Origin: Candidatus Hodarchaeum mangrovi
GTDB lineage: Archaea > Asgardarchaeota > Heimdallarchaeia > Hodarchaeales > Hodarchaeaceae
Length of the DNA: 14,876 bases
Assembly: GCA_016839515.1 (NCBI GenBank)
Contig: JAEOUE010000304.1
Coordinates: 1 to 14,876 of the forward strand
Direction of reading: 5' to 3'
The notes beneath the pieces were generated by a model. The model searched no databases. It was not told the DNA's origin and saw only the letters and a program-made list of their open reading frames with translations. The stretch's first letter is position 1; each line of letters starts with the position of its first letter. A program made the translations under genes and the position numbers. Shown here one piece after another: positions 6,414 to 13,717 of the stretch.

Positions 6414-9035
6414 GTGAGCTCTTTATATAATATTCGTTCAATTGTATCTACAATCATACTACCGTTTAAACAAGAGAACACTGTACAAATTTTATGTTTT
6501 TCACGTGGAAGATTAAATAAGAGAAAACCAATTTACAAAGGTAGAATTGAGTTTTTGTTTAAACATGATTCATTATGGAGACCACGACGAATATTATGGG
6601 AAGAACAGGGAAAATGGAAAGCATATCCCCCTAAAAATACTATTCAAGAAATTTTTGTGCAATCAAGTATTATTATTTTAGATAAAAACCTCACCTCGAG
6701 AGAGAAAGAGGGGATAAAAAATTATTGTCATGATTTTGCCATAAAGACCAAGCTTATAGAAGGTGAATTGTGTCCATTTTGCCTAATTCATGAAGAAATT
6801 ACTTGGTTATCAGCCTCAGATAATTATTTAGCGTATAATCGAATAATTTGTAAGTCCTGTGCAATTTCTGAATTAGAAAAGGAATTAAAAGCTAAAAAAG
6901 TGGATTTATTAGCTAGTCCAGGGTTTAAGAGATATGCTCTTAATTTGCTTAATAGATTTCAAGATTCTAATGTGGTTGCTGAATTTCTAACGAAGGGAGA
7001 TTCAGACTTAAGTGAAATTACTATGGTTAATCAGATTCATCAAATGTCAGTTACAGAAAGAAACAAAACACTTCAACCAGTATCAAAGTTTGAACTTCCC
7101 TTAATTATTTCCCAGTCATTAAAATTACGAAATATTAATTTTTTCCTCCCGATTCAAGTTTTAGCTTTAAAAAAGGGTTTATTGCAAGGAAAAAGTCTTC
7201 TTGTGATTGCGAACACCAGTGCAGGAAAAACTTTGATTGCAGAGATCGCAGGAATTAACCATGTTATGTCTTTGAAAAAAATGATTTATATCGTTCCCTT
7301 AGTTGCCTTGGCAAATACTAAATTTGAAGATTTCAAGAATTATTACGGTTCTCAAGTCAAAGTAGGACTAAGAATAGGTAAGTCACGAATTTTCGATTCT
7401 GAAGAAGAAAGAAAAGAATTTTATGCAAATCGATATAGTATAAAGGACTCAGATATCATTATTGCCACATATGAAGGTCTTGATTTGTTGTTAAGAGCTG
7501 GAGATATTGATTTTGATCAAATAGGGTGTATTATTATCGATGAAATTCAATCTCTAGCAGATCCAGATCGAGGCCCAACTCTTGATTGTTTAATAGCAAA
7601 AATTCGAACTTACACAAAAAAAGCACAGATTTTATGCCTTTCAGCAACTATTGGAAACCCCATAGAACTAGCACAAGATCTTTCTTTAGATTTAGTAACT
7701 TATGATCAGAGACCAGTCTCTCTTGAACAACATGTACTAATTTCAAGAAGTTTTCAAGATAAACTACGTCAAATCTATAATTTAATAAAAAATGAAACCC
7801 AGTTTGTATCTTCGACAGGATTCAGAGGTCAAACAATAATTTTTACAAATTCACGAAGAAAAACAGCAGAAATCACTGATTATTTACAAGAATGTGGAAT
7901 AAGAGAAGCAAGAGCTTATCATTCAGGACTTTCTTATAAACTTCGAAAACGAATTGAACAAGCGTTCACAAAGGGAGAATGTCCTGCAATTGTCAGTACA
8001 TATGCATTAGGTGCAGGAGTCGATTTTCCAGCATCACAGGTAATTTTTGAATCCTTAATGATGGGAAATAAACTTCTCGATCCGAATACTTTTACCCAAA
8101 TGCATGGAAGAGCTGGAAGATTAGGAAAACATGATCGTGGCCGAGCTGTTCTGTTATGTTTAGGAGAATCAGTTTCTTCTCTTGATGCACGGAGTGAAAT
8201 AGAAATCGCATTTGAACTTTTGAAAGCAGAACTTATTTCTATCACTCCTAATTATGATGAAAACTCATGTGGGGAACAAATATTATCAATTTGCTCGTCT
8301 AAACCTCAAATTTCTCCTAAGGAAGCTTATAGAATATATAATAAAATGATTGGAACAAAGAATTTTAATTTCAGACATGTCACCAATAGTTTGATTCAAA
8401 ATTCATTAATAAAAATAAAAACACATAACAAATTAAGATATCTAAACTTAACATCTTTGGGTCGTGCAGCAGTCTTATCATTTTTTTCTCCATTAAAAGT
8501 AATATCAATTAAAAAGCATATTCAAAGACAGGAACACTTTTTATCTATTGCTCTTGAATCTAATCCTCCTCAGAATGTTTATATCTCACGAAAACTCCAT
8601 ACTTATCTAGAAAAGACTTATCATATGCGCTTTTCAACTCGACTTATCAATAGTCCTGTTTTAGATGTTATGACTTCGTCCTTGCAGGGAAAAGAAGGAA
8701 CAGAGCTAAATAAATGGTGTTTAACTTTATTTTCTAAATGGACTCAACAGATCTTTAATTGTAAATGTAGAGAAAATCCATATTGCGATCATGGATCTCA
8801 AAGGATTGGTAAACTAATCCTTGACGAGAGACTTGCAGGGAAAGGAATTAACCAGATTTCTGCTACAATGAGTAGATATGAGTTATTACTTTATCCAGGG
8901 GATATTCTCTCATTTTTGAACAATTTAATCCATGAATTAGAAGGAATTGAACGTATAGCACAGGCTCTCAAGAACCTAAAACTTGCTAAAACAATAACAA
9001 TCATGATAAATAAGATTGAAATCCCTCCAAATTGA
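6414..9035 (+). CDS. Archaea-specific Ski2-like SF2 helicase (ASH-Ski2/Eta, COG1202 type, DUF5814-like C-terminus), 873 aa
   Basis: Motif I ANTSAGKT, Ia VPLVALAN, ATYEGLD, II DEIQ, III SAT, IV IFTNSRR, YHSGL, V ALGAGVDFPASQVIFESL, VI QMHGRAGR. N-terminal Zn motif CPFC...CKSC. C-terminal CKCRENPYCDHG and YPGD typical of this family. Confidence 0.9.
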   Translation: MSSLYNIRSIVSTIILPFKQENTVQILCFSRGRLNKRKPIYKGRIEFLFKHDSLWRPRRILWEEQGKWKAYPPKNTIQEIFVQSSIIILDKNLTSREKEGIKNYCHDFAIKTKLIEGELCPFCLIHEEITWLSASDNYLAYNRIICKSCAISELEKELKAKKVDLLASPGFKRYALNLLNRFQDSNVVAEFLTKGDSDLSEITMVNQIHQMSVTERNKTLQPVSKFELPLIISQSLKLRNINFFLPIQVLALKKGLLQGKSLLVIANTSAGKTLIAEIAGINHVMSLKKMIYIVPLVALANTKFEDFKNYYGSQVKVGLRIGKSRIFDSEEERKEFYANRYSIKDSDIIIATYEGLDLLLRAGDIDFDQIGCIIIDEIQSLADPDRGPTLDCLIAKIRTYTKKAQILCLSATIGNPIELAQDLSLDLVTYDQRPVSLEQHVLISRSFQDKLRQIYNLIKNETQFVSSTGFRGQTIIFTNSRRKTAEITDYLQECGIREARAYHSGLSYKLRKRIEQAFTKGECPAIVSTYALGAGVDFPASQVIFESLMMGNKLLDPNTFTQMHGRAGRLGKHDRGRAVLLCLGESVSSLDARSEIEIAFELLKAELISITPNYDENSCGEQILSICSSKPQISPKEAYRIYNKMIGTKNFNFRHVTNSLIQNSLIKIKTHNKLRYLNLTSLGRAAVLSFFSPLKVISIKKHIQRQEHFLSIALESNPPQNVYISRKLHTYLEKTYHMRFSTRLINSPVLDVMTSSLQGKEGTELNKWCLTLFSKWTQQIFNCKCRENPYCDHGSQRIGKLILDERLAGKGINQISATMSRYELLLYPGDILSFLNNLIHELEGIERIAQALKNLKLAKTITIMINKIEIPPN

Positions 9036-9062
9036 AACTCATATATAATTATGTCTCTATTC

Positions 9063-9242
9063 CTAGTTATTTCGTGAAGAATGACTTTTCCAATATTTTA
9101 AAAATAGTCCTAAGCCTGCAAACGCTATTAGAAATCCTACAATATAAAAAAAAGCTGAAATAACATCACCTGCTGTTCCTCCAAATCCTGCAAGAAATAA
9201 TCCAATAATAATTAAAAAACCGCCAAGTATTCGCTCATCCAT
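9063..9242 (-). CDS. Small glycine-rich two-TM membrane protein, 59 aa
   Basis: Below the ORF-track size cutoff. MDERILGGFLIIIGLFLAGFGGTAGDVISAFFYIVGFLIAFAGLGLFLKYWKSHSSRNN*. ATG at 9242 with SD AGGTG 6 nt upstream. Two hydrophobic segments and a basic tail. Fills the gap between the PGM and helicase genes. Confidence 0.8.
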   Translation of the reverse strand: MDERILGGFLIIIGLFLAGFGGTAGDVISAFFYIVGFLIAFAGLGLFLKYWKSHSSRNN

Positions 9243-9297
9243 ATTCTACACCTAAATATTTAATTGTGTTTATTAACTACTTTATTAAAAATACTGA

Positions 9298-10680
9298 TCA
9301 ACTATGTCTTTCTATCTCTCCTGTTATGAGTTCCTGCATATAATCTCGGTATTCATCTAGTTTATGCAAATTAATTGCCTCAGCTCGCGCGGAAATAACT
9401 GGCTCAGTACCACTTTGACGAATAAGTATCCATCCATCATCAAATTCTGCTCTTATACCATCAATAGTAATAGAATTTACTGCTTCTTTTGAAAGTAATT
9501 CAACCAAATTGGAAACAACTTTAGATTTGATTTCCTCTGGACAATGTATCCGAATTTCTTCTGTTGAAGGGTATACAGGAAGTTGTTCTAAAAGCTCTGA
9601 AAAGGATTTGCTGGATTTAGATAGAATTTCAATCATTTTTAAGGCTGAATATACTGCATCATCAAATCCATAATAATCTAAACCAAAATAATAATGACCA
9701 CTCAGTTCTCCTGCAAAAATTGCTCCTTTTTTTAAAAGGGTTTCATGAATCCAGGAGTGTCCAACCTTAGTAAAGGTAACTGTTGCCCCAATATTAGTAA
9801 GATATTCGTAAGTCGCTCTAGAAGTCTTAATATCAATTAAAATCTCTGATTTAGGTTTTTTATTTAATAAATATCTTCCAAAAAGCATAATTACTTGATC
9901 AGGCTTTACTATATTCCCTTTTTCGTCAACAAAACCTATTCTGTCTCCATCAGCATCGAAACCAATTCCAACATCAATTTTTTGTTCTTTTATTAATTCA
10001 ACAAGGAATTTTAATGAAGATTCTTTTGCTGGATCTGGAATCATTACTGGAAATCGCCCATCTGGTTCTGAATGTAGCGATCTAACTATCAATCCTTTCG
10101 ATTCAAGTAAGGAGAGAATAGGAAAACAAGTTCCATTCCCTAGTTCAACCCCTACGATCAATTTGGAGCTTGGATTAAAAGACTTATTCTGATATGTCCA
10201 ATATTGTACATTATTTATTTTATCTATATTTAATTGTTTTCCATAACTCATTATTGGGGCAGAGAAAAGTAAATTTTCTTTTAATTTCCTTTTAACTTCC
10301 TGAAACAGATTATTTATATGAAATGAAATTCCATCTTCATTGCAAACTTTAATTCCATTATATTCAATTGGATTATGACTTGCTGTTACCATTATCCCTC
10401 CATTGATTTCCTTATTATTGACTGCTAAGAAATATATTGTAGGTGTGGTACATATACCAACATCAAGAACATTACAACCAGCTTCCAGTAATCCTGTCGT
10501 TAGTGCTGATTTTATTAAAGGGGTGGATATTCTGACGTCACCACCTATAACTATATTCCTACCTATGCCAAATTGGTTTCCTAAGCATTTTCCAAGATTC
10601 ATTGCCGTAGTTGAAGAAAAATCGGTTGGAAATTTCCCTCTAATGTCATAAGTTTTAAAGATATGATCCTGAAAGTCCAT
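9298..10680 (-). CDS. Phosphomannomutase/phosphoglucomutase (alpha-D-phosphohexomutase, PMM/PGM type), 460 aa
   Basis: IFKTYDIRG, catalytic TASHNP, metal loop FDADGDR, sugar loop GELSGH, phosphate loop RQSGTEP. SD AGGTGA before the ATG. Confidence 0.95.
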   Translation of the reverse strand: MDFQDHIFKTYDIRGKFPTDFSSTTAMNLGKCLGNQFGIGRNIVIGGDVRISTPLIKSALTTGLLEAGCNVLDVGICTTPTIYFLAVNNKEINGGIMVTASHNPIEYNGIKVCNEDGISFHINNLFQEVKRKLKENLLFSAPIMSYGKQLNIDKINNVQYWTYQNKSFNPSSKLIVGVELGNGTCFPILSLLESKGLIVRSLHSEPDGRFPVMIPDPAKESSLKFLVELIKEQKIDVGIGFDADGDRIGFVDEKGNIVKPDQVIMLFGRYLLNKKPKSEILIDIKTSRATYEYLTNIGATVTFTKVGHSWIHETLLKKGAIFAGELSGHYYFGLDYYGFDDAVYSALKMIEILSKSSKSFSELLEQLPVYPSTEEIRIHCPEEIKSKVVSNLVELLSKEAVNSITIDGIRAEFDDGWILIRQSGTEPVISARAEAINLHKLDEYRDYMQELITGEIERHS

Positions 10681-10707
10681 CTTTTCACCTTTAACTGTTA
10701 TTTTAGA

Positions 10708-11481
10708 TTAAATATATTCATCTAATGTAGGTTTTTTTGGATATATTATATCTTGGAGAGGTTTCCATTCCCAATTATAACGGATAAATGTGTATTTACG
10801 GTCATAAATTTTCTTATGATTTTGTTGAAAGAAGTTCATAAGGTTTTTATCTTTAACATTTGGATATCCTAGTCCAAGTGTATTCTCAGGAAGCTGTTCT
10901 TGTCTCTCTATTTCTCGTAATTTTTGATCTCTAATGAATTTAGCGATAATAGAAGCTACTGAAACAATAGGAAACAGCTGGTCAGCTTTTTTTGATATAA
11001 AAACACTTTTTTTAATTAAAGATTTATCATTTAAAGAAAAACCAATCCCGTGTTTAGTTAGAATGCGTTTGTACCAAAATTCTTTACCCAAACTATGAAA
11101 ATACATCTTTAATTCGTGCATGGTATATTTTGGGGTGGAAATCGTGTCAATTTTCACAGTTTCACTACTTAGTCCAAGAATTAACCGACCAATAGCTCTA
11201 ATTTCAAGTAAATTCAAATTATCCTTTGGTCGTTTGTCTAACACATTATCAATTTCTATTGCTGTAATTTCCTCTACTTTATATTCGATTGAAGAGTCTT
11301 GTAATAATTTCGCTAGTTTTTCTCTTTCTTTTCTCCCCTCAATTCCTTGAAATAATTTAGAATCCTTTATACCTTGAGTTTGATTTAAAATATCCTCTTG
11401 AAAGGTGACTCCAACTATTATTAACGGACCAAAAACACTCCCTCTTCCTGCCTCATCTATCCCAGCTATTATTTGAGACAA
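10708..11481 (-). CDS. rnhB: Ribonuclease HII, archaeal type
   Basis: AGIDEAGRG, KDSK, LNLLE, KAD..PIVSVASIIAKFIRD, GLGYP, IRYNW. PIP-box-like C-terminus KPTLDEYI. TTG start 1 nt after the egsA stop. Confidence 0.93.
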   Translation of the reverse strand: MSQIIAGIDEAGRGSVFGPLIIVGVTFQEDILNQTQGIKDSKLFQGIEGRKEREKLAKLLQDSSIEYKVEEITAIEIDNVLDKRPKDNLNLLEIRAIGRLILGLSSETVKIDTISTPKYTMHELKMYFHSLGKEFWYKRILTKHGIGFSLNDKSLIKKSVFISKKADQLFPIVSVASIIAKFIRDQKLREIERQEQLPENTLGLGYPNVKDKNLMNFFQQNHKKIYDRKYTFIRYNWEWKPLQDIIYPKKPTLDEYI

Positions 11482-11482
11482 A

Positions 11483-12571
11483 TCAATCTATTCCAGTTAT
11501 TTCAAGAGCATTAATAAGTGCTGATTTTGTTATTCCTTCCGAAAGTATAGTATAACGATTTGGACGAATTTTTTGAGCAACATTGACTGCATTTAAGAAA
11601 ATATCCCTATCTAGTTTTAGATCTTTCAATGTTAAGGGTGCTTTGACTCTTTCCAATACATTTGGGATTCTTTGCCAATCTCCACCATGTAAATACATCA
11701 TCAATATAGATACTAATCCAGTCTTATGCCCATGAGCGATATTTAATCTCTCTTTTTCTGCAACTTTATCCAGAGCATGACTTACTAAATGTTCTGACCC
11801 ACTTGCTGGTCTTGAAGATCCTGCTATACACATTGCAACCCCAGAACTAGCCAAAGCTTTCAATAGGTCTCTTGCTCCCTTTTCACTAATAAAACCCTGA
11901 CCTAATGACGAAACCCTATCTGAGACCAAAGTTGCAGTCATTTCTGCAAACGTTGCAGCATAAATATCAAACTTTTCGCCTTTTAATCTGTTTGCTAACC
12001 TCCAATCTCGAATTGCAACCCATTTAGATAAAACATCACCTACTCCAGCAGAAATTGATGCTTCAGATGCTTGGGAAACAAGTTTTGTATCTCCTATTAT
12101 TGCTAAAGGCGATGTTGGAATATAACTTGGAAAATAGCCTGTTTTTCCTTCTCTCTTTATTTTTTCACGAAGAAGAAAATTAATATATGGACTAGAAAAA
12201 CCATCATGACTTGCATTAGTTGGAATAGCTATATAATCCCTTTTAGCGATGCTAGCAATAACTTTGACATAATCTATTATCTTTCCTCCCCCTACAGCCA
12301 TTAACTGAGTTTCGAAATCGGGTAAGTTAGTAGCATAGTTATTTAGATCTTCCAAAGTGATAGAATTAGAAAGAGAAATATGATCATATGTAATATGATC
12401 TTCTAATTCAGGTATAACTAAGTCATGAGTGATTTTTTGTGTTTCAGTTTTTCCACTAAAAATTATGATTTTTGATATACCAATGTCGTCACAAACGCTT
12501 GAAATTTTCTTGATAGCGTTCGGTCCAAAAGCTACTCTTCTAGAAACTACAATCTCTTGTATAGAGTTAAT
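11483..12571 (-). CDS. egsA: sn-glycerol-1-phosphate dehydrogenase, about 362 aa, probable ATT start
   Basis: GGGKIID, PTNASHDGFSSP, GVGD..SKWVA..DW, GSSRPASGSEHLVSHALD, HG. The frame is open upstream of 12355 to a TAG at 12586-12584 and adds the family-like N-terminus NSIQEIVVSRRVAFGPNAIKKI...IIIFSGKT. SD AGGAGGA at 12585-12579 lies 7 nt before ATT at 12571. Product call is firm; the start is inferred. Confidence 0.92.
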   Translation of the reverse strand: MNSIQEIVVSRRVAFGPNAIKKISSVCDDIGISKIIIFSGKTETQKITHDLVIPELEDHITYDHISLSNSITLEDLNNYATNLPDFETQLMAVGGGKIIDYVKVIASIAKRDYIAIPTNASHDGFSSPYINFLLREKIKREGKTGYFPSYIPTSPLAIIGDTKLVSQASEASISAGVGDVLSKWVAIRDWRLANRLKGEKFDIYAATFAEMTATLVSDRVSSLGQGFISEKGARDLLKALASSGVAMCIAGSSRPASGSEHLVSHALDKVAEKERLNIAHGHKTGLVSILMMYLHGGDWQRIPNVLERVKAPLTLKDLKLDRDIFLNAVNVAQKIRPNRYTILSEGITKSALINALEITGID

Positions 12572-12578
12572 ATGTTTA

Positions 12579-12585
12579 TCCTCCT
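12579..12585 (-). promoter_or_regulatory. Shine-Dalgarno site for egsA
   Basis: AGGAGGA on the minus strand, 7 nt upstream of an in-frame ATT. No ATG/GTG/TTG is in frame for a further 72 codons. Confidence 0.7.
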
Positions 12586-12625
12586 AACAAGGTTTTTTAT
12601 AATTTTTATCTTTTCTCTTGAGTTC

Positions 12626-13717
12626 TTAATTCATTTTTTTTCTATTATTTCCAATTTCTGATTCATCAGATGAAAATTTTTTCTTTATGCGGAATATTTC
12701 CATACCACCAAGCTTTAATGAGGCATAACTTCCTAAAAGACCTAGCATTATAGTTTTTGCAAATCGATCTATAAGAGCAATGCTTACTGCTCCACTACCA
12801 GGATAATTAGGTGTTCCATAAAGAATTATCGCTACTACAGCTTCATACTCTCCCATGGCTCCGGGTAAAATCGGAATAATAAATGTTATATTTCCTGCAC
12901 ACGACGCTGCTATTACCCATGGGAGATCAATAACATTCAAATATCCTTCATGAGCTGGAAAGACAGTGAATGCAATAACATACAACATTATTCCTTCAAT
13001 TATCCATATGGAAGCTGAAGTGATTATTCCTGAAATTAAAAGATTTGGTTTTAATCGAAGATCATGTAATCCATTTTGAAAGGAGTTATAAACCGATTGA
13101 AGTCTTTCACTAATAAATGACGGGAAAAAGTCTATTAGAGTGTTTCCTATATCCGGAAATATAAGAAGAGCTGCTAAAATTATCAATCCAGCAAAAGAGA
13201 AGACAAATAAAAAAATTATAAGCTGCTGAATTATTTTTGAATCGTTAAGAGAGGTAAGAGAGTTTCCAAGTAAAAAAAGAGTTCCTGTTACAACAATAAG
13301 TAATCCAATTATACTTAAAACCTGTTCGATTACTATAGATGAAAAAGTATCGGAATATTTGGTATTATAATTTCGTTTTAAAGAGTACATCCTCACTGCT
13401 TCCCCAGCGCGAGCAATTGTAAAGAGATTTATCATTAAAGCTGATATAGTGGGAAGAAATAACTTGGTAAAGTTGAGATCAACACCTTGAGCGAGTAATA
13501 ATAATTTCCAGCGATAGGTACGCACAATCATATCAACAAAATAAAGTGAAATAAGTGAAATAGATAATACAAACATACCCCAGAATCCTAATTGGAGTAT
13601 ACTTTCAATAAGCATTATAGGTTGAACATACAATAAAATAATTAACAAAACAACTAATGTAAGTGAATATATTATTAAACTTGTTAACTTATTAGAAACA
13701 CGCATAAAAACCCTCAC
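12626..13717 (-). CDS. UPF0104 / lysylphosphatidylglycerol-synthase-TM (flippase-like, AglD2-type) membrane protein
   Basis: RTYRWKLLL, N.FTIARAGEAVRMYSLK, SSIVIEQVL, IPILPGAMGEYE, ALIDR and many TM helices. The GTG overlaps the argS stop (GTGA). ATG at 13705 is an alternative start. Confidence 0.88.
   Translation of the reverse strand: MRVFMRVSNKLTSLIIYSLTLVVLLIILLYVQPIMLIESILQLGFWGMFVLSISLISLYFVDMIVRTYRWKLLLLAQGVDLNFTKLFLPTISALMINLFTIARAGEAVRMYSLKRNYNTKYSDTFSSIVIEQVLSIIGLLIVVTGTLFLLGNSLTSLNDSKIIQQLIIFLFVFSFAGLIILAALLIFPDIGNTLIDFFPSFISERLQSVYNSFQNGLHDLRLKPNLLISGIITSASIWIIEGIMLYVIAFTVFPAHEGYLNVIDLPWVIAASCAGNITFIIPILPGAMGEYEAVVAIILYGTPNYPGSGAVSIALIDRFAKTIMLGLLGSYASLKLGGMEIFRIKKKFSSDESEIGNNRKKMN

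Noticed and set aside
7934-8245. 103-aa minus-strand ORF
   Set aside because: Antisense to conserved helicase motifs V-VI.
8268-8279. CGEQ, identical to the alpha-2-macroglobulin thioester motif
   Set aside because: It lies inside the cytoplasmic helicase at the position of the family's 'EQIL' helix, not in the MG-like surface protein. Coincidence.
10403-10651. 82-aa plus-strand ORF
   Set aside because: Antisense shadow of PMM/PGM.
11120-11350. 76-aa plus-strand ORF
   Set aside because: Antisense shadow of rnhB.
11483-12355. egsA as a truncated gene or pseudogene (290 aa in the ORF track)
   Set aside because: The upstream frame is intact with family-like sequence and an SD, so a non-canonical start explains it better.
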